The notes below the pieces were generated by a model that was not told the DNA's origin, did not search any database, and worked only from the letters and a program-made list of their open reading frames with translations. The translations under genes were made by a program, and so were the position numbers. Of a DNA stretch of 64,000 nt, positions 8,867 through 18,081 are shown one piece after another (positions within the stretch are counted from its first letter, which is position 1; each line of letters begins with the position of its first letter). Origin of the DNA: an uncultured Poribacteria bacterium (lineage in GTDB: Bacteria > Poribacteria > WGA-4E > WGA-3G); NCBI GenBank assembly GCA_951813565.1, contig OX638351.1:2336001-2400000 (forward strand), given 5' to 3'.

Positions 8867-10310
8867 AATTCTCTTTTCTTGCGCGAAGACCACCCAACAG
8901 ATTATTGAAAATCCTTCAGAATTTCACAGACACAGAGACTCTATAGTCCGGGTAGAAAGTAAATTTGGATTTTTTAAAGTTAATGGTAGCGGATTTTTCG
9001 TCGAACGGAACAAGGTTGCGACTAACATTCATGTTATTGCTCTTTCAGGGCCTGTCTACGTAACGTCAGTAGACAAAGAGACGACTTGGAAAGTCAAAGG
9101 GGTTGCTGCTTACGATGTTAAAAATGATCTTGCCATTTTAAAAGTTGTGGGGGAAGGTGAGGTGCTTCCCCTTGGGAATAGCGATGTTATACGAGGTGGT
9201 GAACCAATCTCTGCTGTAGGATATCCCGATGAGAAGTACAAGGTTGCTGAGGGCACACTACACAGTATACGGGATAGCGATAAATGGCTTCGGATGAACG
9301 TTGATACTAACAGCGGAGGTAGCGGAGGTCCCGTGTTAAACGGTAAGGGACAAGTCGTAGGGATTTTTGCCTCTTCTGACGGTTATTATAGTTATGCTAT
9401 TCCCTCAAATATACTCAAAGTATTGCTCATGCAGCCAGCATCAACTGAACCTTTGGAACAGTGGCACAAACGAGAATTTATTAGTTCCTACGCCCATTAC
9501 GTTAAAGGAAAAATGAATTACGGTGTAAAACGCTATGAGAAAACAATAGCCAATTTAGATGAAACTATCCGATTAAACCCTGAATTTATTTTTGCCTACT
9601 ACACGCGCGGGTTAACGAAAGAAAATCTTGGTAACTATAAAGGTGCAATAAGTGATTATGATAAAGTCATCAGACTAAATCCAGAGTTTGCCACAGCCTA
9701 TATCAATCGGGGGTTAGCGAAAGATAATCTTGGTGAATATAAAGGTGCGATAAATGATTACAATAAAGCTATCAAACTAAACCCAGAGTTTATCGCAGCC
9801 TATATCAATCGGGGGTTAGCGAAAGATAATCTTGGTGAATATAAAGGTGCGATAAATGATTACAATAAAGCTATTAAACTAAACCCACAGATAGCCGGAA
9901 CTTACCATAATCGAGCGTATGCTAAATTCAAACTTGGCGATCATAGAGGTGCGATCAACGATCTCAATAAAACCATTAAACTAAATCCACAGGATTCCAC
10001 CGCATATGACTACCGAGGGATTGTCAAGTTTGAACTTGGTGATCATAAAGATGCGCTTGAAGATTTTAATAAAGCCATTAAACTAAATCCACAGCATGCT
10101 ACAGCATACTATAACCGAGGAGCCGCGAAACAGAAACTTGGTGACTACAAAGGTGCAATAAGTGATTATGATAAAGTCATCAAACTAAATCCAGAAGATG
10201 CTGCAGCATACTACATCCGCGCACACGCGAAAGAGGCACTTGGGCAACATGACGCGGCAAAAGCAGATTTTGAAAAAGCAAAGGAACTTGATGCGGATAT
10301 CGTAAAATAA
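8851..10310 (+). CDS. Trypsin-like serine protease with C-terminal TPR array (lipoprotein; 5' end interrupted by the IS)
   Basis: Triad motifs ATNIHV, NDLAILK and GGSGGP; about 8 TPRs; lipobox-like LFSC. Confidence 0.9.
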
Positions 10311-10398
10311 ACTATGCAAAGATGTGTTCAGATTTTTCAACTGTGATAGAAATTTCAGTAAAACGGGCGGACATTTTGCTCCAACAAAGAGGTGAATT

Positions 10399-10863
10399 AT
10401 GGCAAGCACACGAGATACAGGCGAGATGGTTGATGGTAAAAAGCACGGTTATTGGATTACTTATTACGCGAACGGGGTAAAACGAAGCGAAGGCAACTAC
10501 ATTCACGGTAAAAAGGATGGAAAATGGATTCTATACCACAAGAATGGGAACATTTCCAGCGTAGCCCACTTTCGTGATGATAAGTACGAAGGCGATTATA
10601 TATGCTATCATAAAAATGGGAATCGCAAATGGGGTGGTCCTTACAAAAAGCATGATGGCACATCTTCCGACGGTAGGAAAGAAGGCGTTTGGCTCTGTTG
10701 GGAGGAAGATGGTGAGACTGTATGGCGTATCATCACTTACAAGAAAGGTGGTGCCCGCGCGAAACCTGATGAACATCCGTTCGGTGAATGTCACGGTTGC
10801 GGTGAAGGTAGACGATCAACTTGGGGTGATAATTGCCCACGATGCGGCACAGAACTTGACTAA
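10399..10863 (+). CDS. MORN-variant repeat protein with C-terminal Zn ribbon, copy 3
   Basis: 154 aa and collinear with 6343..6807; CHGC...CPRCG. Confidence 0.85.
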   Translation: MASTRDTGEMVDGKKHGYWITYYANGVKRSEGNYIHGKKDGKWILYHKNGNISSVAHFRDDKYEGDYICYHKNGNRKWGGPYKKHDGTSSDGRKEGVWLCWEEDGETVWRIITYKKGGARAKPDEHPFGECHGCGEGRRSTWGDNCPRCGTELD

Positions 10864-10904
10864 CAGTTCGCAGTACGGAATAATAGGATAAAAGGAGGAG
10901 AAAA

Positions 10905-11693
10905 ATGAAAGTTACAAATACTTTGGTTATTATGCTGGTCCTGTTTTTTACTGGACTATGGGTTCACGAAAGTTGTGCGGCAATTGATGCAGAATCTGTA
11001 ATGGGTGTGTGGCTCTTTGATGCAGGGAAAGGAGCAGAAGTTAAAGATTCCTCAGGTAAAGGAAATGATGGAAAGATCGTTGGTGCTAAACGAGTAGAAG
11101 GGAAGATAGGCATGGGCGTAGAATTTGATGGAAGTAATCAAGTGGTCATTCCCGCAAGTGCAACTATTGACGATTATCGCGATGGGTTTACGTACCTGCT
11201 CTGGGTGAAACCGTTGAGAGCACCTGCTGGCCCTCACATTCGTCTTATTGAAAGAGATTGGCACAATCCAAATATTCTTATCGGTCCCAACGATTTCTAC
11301 GGAAGTTTTGTATTCAATGGTGCAATAGATAATAGTCAGATTCGGGCTGGAACATGGGAAATGGAAGAATGGAGTTTCGTCACACTCACTCACGATGGCA
11401 AGACGCTTATATTGTATGTCAACGGTGAAAAAGTTGCAGACATCAACGTTGGACAACCCGACCTCACCAAAAATAACGAAAGCGGTTCCATCTGGTTAGC
11501 GCGATGGAAAGGTGGACCGGGTTGGGATTTTTCAGGGGTACTTGACGAAGTGGCTATTTTCAACGCCCCTCTGGATGAAGACGACATCAATAATATTATG
11601 ACAAAAGGACTTGAGGAAACACTCGCTGTTTCTCCTATCGGTAGGTTAACAACAACTTGGGGTGGCATCAAAAAAGGTAAAGCAATCCAATAG
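10905..11693 (+). CDS. Secreted LamG-like jellyroll protein with a Poribacteria-type C-terminal motif
   Basis: Signal peptide; GVWLFD..DSSGKGNDG, WSFVTLTHDG..LYVNG, FSGVLDEVAIFN; ends AVSPIGRLTTTWGGIK. Confidence 0.85.
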   Translation: MKVTNTLVIMLVLFFTGLWVHESCAAIDAESVMGVWLFDAGKGAEVKDSSGKGNDGKIVGAKRVEGKIGMGVEFDGSNQVVIPASATIDDYRDGFTYLLWVKPLRAPAGPHIRLIERDWHNPNILIGPNDFYGSFVFNGAIDNSQIRAGTWEMEEWSFVTLTHDGKTLILYVNGEKVADINVGQPDLTKNNESGSIWLARWKGGPGWDFSGVLDEVAIFNAPLDEDDINNIMTKGLEETLAVSPIGRLTTTWGGIKKGKAIQ

Positions 11694-11808
11694 TAAAATT
11701 ATTGCACTAAGACATCCACAACTTCTTTAGTAGGAGGGTTGCTATAAAAGTGCATCCGTTGAAGCGTTAATGTAGAAATAAATACACGCGAAGGAGAACG
11801 GAAGCATT

Positions 11809-14256
11809 ATGAAAATTGATTTAGACTATTGGATCGCCTGGATGTTTATTGCGATTTTTTTCGTGTTTCAACTCCCAGGCGATGTATTGGCAGAAGCCGA
11901 AGAAACATCAGCACACCGCACAGCGACAGCTATCCGCATTGAGGGTACACCACCGAAGTTAGATGGCGTTTTAGATGACGACATCTGGAAAACTGCGCCA
12001 CTCCACGAGGGTTTTCGCCAACGCGATCCCGATGAAGGAGATCCCGCATCTGAACGCACTACGTTCCAAATCGCCTACAATGACGATGCGCTCTACTTTG
12101 GGATCATGTGTTATGACAGTGAGCCAGATAAAATAGATGCGCAATTAATCAGACGTGACAATGTTTATGTTGACTCAGATAAAGTCAATATAAACATTGA
12201 TTCACACTACAACAGACAGCGTGCTTTCTGGTTTACTGTGCATCCTTCAGGATCCGTGACAGACGGTATCATTTCCGATGATAAATATCCCGACAGGACA
12301 TGGGATGGTGTGTGGGATGCCAAGACGCAAATTCACGCGGATGGTTGGTCAGTCGAATATAAAATTCCGTTTCATGTGCTGCGTTTTTCTCCAAAAAATA
12401 AATATGTTTGGGGACTCCAAGTTAATCGGTATATTAGCAGAAAAAAAGAGGATGCCCATTGGCGTTTGATTAAGAAAGATGAGCCCGGTTGGGTGGCACG
12501 CTTGGGAGACCTAACTGGCATCAAAGATATTTATCCCTCCCGACATATTGAAATTGTGCCTTATGCGATGGGCAGGACAATCCTCAATAGCGAAACAGAT
12601 TTGTGGGGAAATATTGGCACTGATATCCAATATGGGGTCAGCACCGGAACCACCCTCAACGCCACAATCAACCCCGATTTTGGACAAGTAGAAGCAGACC
12701 CTGCCAGCTTAAATCTCTCAGCTTATGAAGAGTATTTTGAGGAACGTCGTCCCTTCTTTGTCAAAGGAGCGTCTATCTTTCAAACCAGTGGACATCGTTT
12801 CTTTTATTCGCGCCGTATTGGACGGCGCCCGGGACATTTTGATATCCCCACTGGTGCAGAGGAACAGAGCCGCCCCGAATCGACAACGATTCTCGGTGCC
12901 GCCAAAATTGTCGGCAGAACGCAAAGCAATACTTCTTTCGGTATCATGGAGGCAGTCACCGCACCCGAATATGCCCAAATCAAGGAAAATGGCAATCCCC
13001 GTGAACATCTCATTGAACCCTTGACGAATCACTTTGTAGGTCGAATTAATCAAGACGTGCTAAAAGGGAATTCGCGTGTTGGGTTGATAGCCACCGCCGT
13101 TAACCGTCAAAACTCTAACGCTGCTTATGTGGGTGGGTTTGATTGGGATTTGAAGTTTGCCAAAGAACAATACCTAATAAAAGGCACTCTGGCAGGGAGC
13201 CAAGCAGGAGAACTTGATGCCCGTAAATCGGGCTACCTTACCCACTTCAACTTTGCTAAACGCGGCGGATGGTTGAGATTTGATACCGATTTTAAAGCAC
13301 TCTCCCCAGCTTTTGAGACAAATGACCTCGGTTTTAGTCAACGTAGTGACAAATTAGAGTGGAATTACGACCTCACGATACGCAAAGAGAATCCATTTAG
13401 CATCTTCCGACGTGTCAGATTTGGGCTTTATGGCTGGCGCACTTGGAACTACGACAGTGTGAATATCAATAGTTTCTCGGAAATATGGACAATTGGTCGT
13501 TTTAAAAACTGTTGGGACTACGAACTCTGGGTTGGACGTAACTTAGAATCGTTTAGTGATGAAGACGTAAGACGTGGCGGCACACTGATTAAAAATCCAC
13601 CGGGTTGGTGGGTTTTCACCCTGTTGGCAACTGACAGCCGCAAAATGGTTCAGTTAGAACTGAATCCAGGCTTCTCGTGGGATGACGAGAAACGTTCGTA
13701 TGGATATGATGTCCGGTTCGGTCTACGCATTCGGATCGCATCTAACGTTGAGTTTACCTTTGGTCCACGGTATAACTATCAGAAGCGGGATGCACAATGG
13801 GTGGACATCGTTGAAAAGAATATCAATGGGAAAACGCAGCAACATTACGTTTATGGGGAACTCGAGAACCGCACTTTAGACTTTACCACGCGCGCAAACA
13901 TCAGTTTTACACCAACGCTGAGTTTACAATTCTATGTGCAACCTTTCATCACTATCGGTGATTTTACGAACTTCAAAGAATTGGTAGAACCGAAATCTTA
14001 TCTGTTTAAACCGTATCTACTAAATGAAAACCGGGATTTTCATCGGCGTTCCTTACGCGGCAACACCGTCCTCCGCTGGGAATTTCGTCCCGGCAGCACG
14101 TTTTTTCTTGTCTGGTCTCAATCGCGTGAAGCTGTCTTGGAATCGGTTCAGGAAACAGAGCTTGATCTCCGTCCGTTGTATCGCTTAGGCAGCAGTTTTA
14201 CGGACAAAGGACAAAACATTTTTCTGATTAAATGTCGGTATTGGTTTGGAATATAG
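11809..14256 (+). CDS. CBM9-like/DUF5916 outer-membrane protein
   Basis: PKLDGVLDDDIW, NATINPDFGQVEAD and EERRPFF..FYSRRIG; aromatic beta-barrel-type C-terminus. Confidence 0.85.
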   Translation: MKIDLDYWIAWMFIAIFFVFQLPGDVLAEAEETSAHRTATAIRIEGTPPKLDGVLDDDIWKTAPLHEGFRQRDPDEGDPASERTTFQIAYNDDALYFGIMCYDSEPDKIDAQLIRRDNVYVDSDKVNINIDSHYNRQRAFWFTVHPSGSVTDGIISDDKYPDRTWDGVWDAKTQIHADGWSVEYKIPFHVLRFSPKNKYVWGLQVNRYISRKKEDAHWRLIKKDEPGWVARLGDLTGIKDIYPSRHIEIVPYAMGRTILNSETDLWGNIGTDIQYGVSTGTTLNATINPDFGQVEADPASLNLSAYEEYFEERRPFFVKGASIFQTSGHRFFYSRRIGRRPGHFDIPTGAEEQSRPESTTILGAAKIVGRTQSNTSFGIMEAVTAPEYAQIKENGNPREHLIEPLTNHFVGRINQDVLKGNSRVGLIATAVNRQNSNAAYVGGFDWDLKFAKEQYLIKGTLAGSQAGELDARKSGYLTHFNFAKRGGWLRFDTDFKALSPAFETNDLGFSQRSDKLEWNYDLTIRKENPFSIFRRVRFGLYGWRTWNYDSVNINSFSEIWTIGRFKNCWDYELWVGRNLESFSDEDVRRGGTLIKNPPGWWVFTLLATDSRKMVQLELNPGFSWDDEKRSYGYDVRFGLRIRIASNVEFTFGPRYNYQKRDAQWVDIVEKNINGKTQQHYVYGELENRTLDFTTRANISFTPTLSLQFYVQPFITIGDFTNFKELVEPKSYLFKPYLLNENRDFHRRSLRGNTVLRWEFRPGSTFFLVWSQSREAVLESVQETELDLRPLYRLGSSFTDKGQNIFLIKCRYWFGI

Positions 14257-14260
14257 TTTA

Positions 14261-14833
14261 ACGTGAGCTTGATAATTAGAATGAATATAAATGTCCGTTG
14301 GGTAGAGCGAAGCGAAACCTATAAATCAACGCTATGAATGCCTGAATCAACGCCAAATGCGCCTGTGGCATTTGGCGGGCATTCAGCCAAATCAACGCCA
14401 AATGCGCTTTTGGCATTTGACGGGTGTAAACTTAAGGAAAAATGCTGGTTTTTTTCTTGTGGGAGGGCTTTGTCCGCCTGATTTTGTGAGACTCAACCTG
14501 TTAAATCCAAATCAACGCTGAATGCGCTAAATCAACGGTCCGAATGCCATTTAGGCATTCCCCGTATGGCATTCATCGGGGTTGAAAACCCCTCCCACAA
14601 GAAGGTGTATCCTTAAGTTTACACCTATGGGTAGAGCGAAGCGAAACCCAACAATTCAACCGTCTTGAGAATAATAAAGAGTTGGGTTTCACTTATTTTT
14701 TCGGAAATATCGTCCTCAATAGCTCAACAACCTCTCTTTAGAGTCTGTTTTTATTGTCCATTTCCGTTCTACCCCACCGAATGCCATAGGCGCATTCGGT
14801 GTTGATTCCCTACGGGATTTATCAAACTCACGT
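14261..14833. mobile_element. Composite nested MITE (outer TIR ACGTGAGYTTGATAA)
   Basis: ACGTGAGCTTGATAA ... TTATCAAACTCACGT flanked by TAGTTTA on both sides (or a TAACGTG TIR with a GTT duplication). Contains a REP pair, an inner MITE and mini-hairpins; a lone TIR copy lies near 54036. Confidence 0.8.
14321..14628. mobile_element. Inner MITE (TIR ATAGGTGTAAACTTAAGGA) whose left TIR is split by three AATCAA hairpins
   Basis: Removing 14324-14422 restores a perfect 19-bp inverse of 14610-14628; flanked by the direct repeat GGGTAGAGCGAAGCGAAACC. Confidence 0.8.
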
Positions 14834-14889
14834 TAGTTTATAATTCCATAGGTATCATTCATTTTAGCGTATGCCATGCCCCATTACCA

Positions 14890-15140
14890 TTGTAGAGCGG
14901 GGTACCCGCTGAATGCGAAGAACGCATTCACAGCGTTGATTTGGTGCCCGCCGAATACCACACGCGCATTCAGTATTGATTTCCTTCAACAAGAAACGCT
15001 GTCACGAGTTGGAACTCGCTCCTACAAGAAAATGTCCAAATCCGCGTCATCTGTGTAATCCGAGATTCAGACAAATATCTACCCACAGTCTGTAAATAAT
15101 CCGTGCCATCTACGTAATCCGATAAATTCGCGTTTCAGAC
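14890..15140. repeat. Cluster of REP-like palindromes, two AATCAA hairpins and AATC-periodic repeats ending TTCAGAC
   Basis: Hairpins at 14907-14943 and 14949-14981; the REP at 15001-15028 is the inverse of 4871-4898; periodic arrays at 15039-15072 and 15098-15140. Confidence 0.6.
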
Positions 15141-15262
15141 AGAAGCTGGCGCGCTTACAAGCGCCTACTGTTTGGGGTATTTAGCGCGTAAATTTCCTTA
15201 AGTTGGCACTTATGGGTAGCTTGCATTTAACGAAACTCTGCATACCGTAATATCATCCATAT

Positions 15263-15291
15263 TTGACAAATATAATTCAAAAGCGTATAAT
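15263..15291 (+). promoter_or_regulatory. Consensus sigma70 promoter of the sulfurtransferase-pterin operon
   Basis: TTGACA-N17-TATAAT, a perfect match, about 95 nt upstream of ATG 15386. Confidence 0.8.
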
Positions 15292-15385
15292 ATAAGCACA
15301 AACGAGCATGAAAACGCAAAAACGCAATTTATGCTTGCACAGCATAAATTTACTTTAAATTTCAGATAAGGAGGCATAAAACACA

Positions 15386-16234
15386 ATGGCTGATTACGCA
15401 AATCCTGATGTTTTAGTAAGTACGGAGTGGGTCGCCGCACATGGCAGCGATGCTGGCATCCGCCTACTTGAAGTTGATGTTGATACCTCAGCTTATGCAG
15501 AAGGACATATCGCGGGGGCAGTCGGTTTGAATTGGCAGACACAGTTGTGCGACCAAATCCGACGCGATATCCTCACGAAAGACCAGTTTGAAGCACTTTG
15601 CAACGACAGTGGCATCGCTAACGATACTACTGTTATTTTTTATGGTGATAACAACAATTGGTTTGCTACGTACGCGTTGTGGCAATTCCGCTACTATGGA
15701 CACGATGAGAGTCTACTGAAAGTGATGAACGGTGGTCGTCAAAAGTGGATTGATGAAGGCAGAGAACTCGTTACAGACGTTCCTTCTTACGCTGCCACTG
15801 GGTATCAGGCGAAATTCCCCGATGACAACGTTCGCGCAACAAAGGACAACATTCTACCCACACTTGAACAAGGTGTCATTAACCTCGTTGACGTGCGTTC
15901 ACCAGCAGAATTTTCGGGTGAAGTGATCGCACCGCCAGGCATGAGTGAAACTGCACAACGAGGCGGACATATCCCAGGCGCAGCAAATATACCTTGGGCA
16001 ACTGCGGTCGCAGAAGATGGCACATTTAAGTCTTACGATGAACTACAATCCATCTACGGCGGCGCAGGTGTTGACGATAGTAAAGAGACCATCGCTTACT
16101 GTCGTATTGGTGAACGTTCATCGCATACTTGGTTTTTATTGAAATACCTACTCGGTTATGAGAAGGTTCGCAACTATGATGGCAGTTGGACAGAATGGGG
16201 TAATCTGGTCGGCGCACCCATAGCACGCGATTAA
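15386..16234 (+). CDS. Two-domain rhodanese (thiosulfate/3-mercaptopyruvate sulfurtransferase, CysA/SseA type)
   Basis: GHIAGA, GHIPGA, active-site loop YCRIGERS, and NYDGSWTEWG. Confidence 0.95.
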   Translation: MADYANPDVLVSTEWVAAHGSDAGIRLLEVDVDTSAYAEGHIAGAVGLNWQTQLCDQIRRDILTKDQFEALCNDSGIANDTTVIFYGDNNNWFATYALWQFRYYGHDESLLKVMNGGRQKWIDEGRELVTDVPSYAATGYQAKFPDDNVRATKDNILPTLEQGVINLVDVRSPAEFSGEVIAPPGMSETAQRGGHIPGAANIPWATAVAEDGTFKSYDELQSIYGGAGVDDSKETIAYCRIGERSSHTWFLLKYLLGYEKVRNYDGSWTEWGNLVGAPIARD

Positions 16235-16298
16235 ACCTGAATTTGGGGCGATACGGAAGTCGCCCCGAATTCGTCACAAACACGCTAAAGATTGAATT

Positions 16299-16586
16299 AT
16301 GAGATTTATTTCTGCCCATGCGATCGCCTGCATGACACGACAAGATGTGGGACGACTGCTCAAGCGGTTCCAAGAAGAAGCAAACGATGATGTCCGTAAC
16401 ATTCGTGTCTTATGTGATACATTATCAGGTAGGATGGTTTGCGAGTGGGAAGCACGCGACAAACTAACGTTAATTGAGTGGTTGAAAAAGTGCAACGTGC
16501 AATTGCGAGGCACAGGTGAATGGGTCATGACAGTTCAATATGAATCCGTTGATGATGAACTCAAAGTAGCAGCACAAACGCATTAG
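16299..16586 (+). CDS. Small hypothetical protein, possibly DUF4242/SCO4226-like
   Basis: Fills the operon gap; GRMVCEWEA resembles the G-x-x-x-C-x-W-E-A motif. The family call is tentative. Confidence 0.55.
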   Translation: MRFISAHAIACMTRQDVGRLLKRFQEEANDDVRNIRVLCDTLSGRMVCEWEARDKLTLIEWLKKCNVQLRGTGEWVMTVQYESVDDELKVAAQTH

Positions 16587-16600
16587 GTGTCTAATGACCG

Positions 16601-17434
16601 ATGTACTACCTAACACGGCAGACCGCCTTTGAGGCATCTCATTACAATCGCATTCCTGAATTGAGCGATGCTGAAAACCTTGAGTTGTTCGGTGCCGCAG
16701 CGAATCCGAATAGTCACGGTCATAACTACGTACTTGAAGTGATGGTCAAAGGAAAATTAGATGCTGATGACGGAATGGTCATCAATTTGACGACATTGGA
16801 TGCGTTGTTAAAGTCAGAAGTGATTGCCAATTATGATCACAAACACCTGAACAGACAACATCCTGTCTTCGTCAAAAAACCGCACTTACAACCGACATGT
16901 GAAAACATCACGATTGAAATTTGGCAAAGACTCGCTCCTACCCTTCCCGATGGTCTACTCCATCGGGTTCGACTCTATGAAAATTCATTGAGATTTGCTG
17001 ATTACTATGGAGAAGATTTGATGGTTTATCTCACCAAAGTTTACGAGTTCAGTGCAGCGCATCGTTTGCACAGCCATGTGCTTAGTGATAAAGAAAACCG
17101 AGACATCTTCGGGAAGTGCAACAATCCTGCTGGACATGGGCATAACTACGTACTTGAAGTCACCGTAAAAGGTGACGTAGATGCTAAAACTGGACTGGTA
17201 GCGAGTTTGAATCTGCTTGACGAAGTGGTCGAAAAACAGGTTTATGCACGTTTTGATTACAAACATCTAAATCTTGATACACCAGAATTTGAGAAACTCA
17301 ATCCAACATCCGAAAACTTTGTGAAAGTACTTTGGGATGTGTTGAAACCGAATTTACAACCGGTGGTTTTACACCGTCTCCGCTTGCGAGAAACACCCAA
17401 AAATCATTTCGATTACTATGGAGAATCTTCTTAA
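16601..17434 (+). CDS. Tandem two-domain 6-pyruvoyl-tetrahydropterin synthase/QueD-family protein
   Basis: Two HGHNY Zn motifs, two DHK/DYKHLN motifs and two PT-x-EN motifs. Confidence 0.9.
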   Translation: MYYLTRQTAFEASHYNRIPELSDAENLELFGAAANPNSHGHNYVLEVMVKGKLDADDGMVINLTTLDALLKSEVIANYDHKHLNRQHPVFVKKPHLQPTCENITIEIWQRLAPTLPDGLLHRVRLYENSLRFADYYGEDLMVYLTKVYEFSAAHRLHSHVLSDKENRDIFGKCNNPAGHGHNYVLEVTVKGDVDAKTGLVASLNLLDEVVEKQVYARFDYKHLNLDTPEFEKLNPTSENFVKVLWDVLKPNLQPVVLHRLRLRETPKNHFDYYGESS

Positions 17435-17437
17435 TTT

Positions 17438-18046
17438 ATGAATACTGAACAGGAAAGCGAAGCTAATCACAAGCAGGAATTGCAAGATAAGACAGCGGAT
17501 TTAGAATCTCTCTATACACAGATCCTCGAAAATATAGGCGAAGATCCGAACCGTCAAGGTTTGGTAAGAACTCCACTCCGCGCCGCAAAAGCGATGGAGT
17601 TTTTGACGAGCGGCTACCGTCAGGATATCAATAAAATTTTAAACCAGGCTATCTTTGACGAAAAGTGTGACGACATGGTCATCGTTAAGGATATTGAATT
17701 TTATAGTCTCTGTGAGCACCACATTCTCCCGTTTTGGGGGAGATGTCATGTAGGTTATCTTCCACTGAACCGGGTTATTGGTTTAAGTAAGATTCCTCGA
17801 ATTGTGGATATGTTTTCTCGACGTTTACAGGTTCAGGAACGCTTAACACGCGAAATTGCCGAAGCATTGGAAGCAGCATTAGAACCACGAGGGGTTGCAG
17901 TTGTAATGGAGGCACAGCACATGTGCATGATGGCGCGTGGCGTCCAAAAACAAACCTCAAAGATGACAACAAATGCTATGCGGGGTGCATTTCGGGAAGA
18001 TAGTTCTACGCGCGCTGAATTCCTCAGGTGCGTCCAAGTTTCTTAA
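17438..18046 (+). CDS. folE: GTP cyclohydrolase I
   Basis: [40 protein letters not shown] and HMCM..RGV. Confidence 0.97.
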   Translation: MNTEQESEANHKQELQDKTADLESLYTQILENIGEDPNRQGLVRTPLRAAKAMEFLTSGYRQDINKILNQAIFDEKCDDMVIVKDIEFYSLCEHHILPFWGRCHVGYLPLNRVIGLSKIPRIVDMFSRRLQVQERLTREIAEALEAALEPRGVAVVMEAQHMCMMARGVQKQTSKMTTNAMRGAFREDSSTRAEFLRCVQVS

Positions 18047-18081
18047 AAGTAATAGGCACACTCATGAAAATTATAAATAAC

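Noticed and set aside
14324..14577. Recurring AATCAACG as a CRISPR-like array
   Set aside because: Spacing is irregular and the units are nested hairpins rather than repeat-spacer units.
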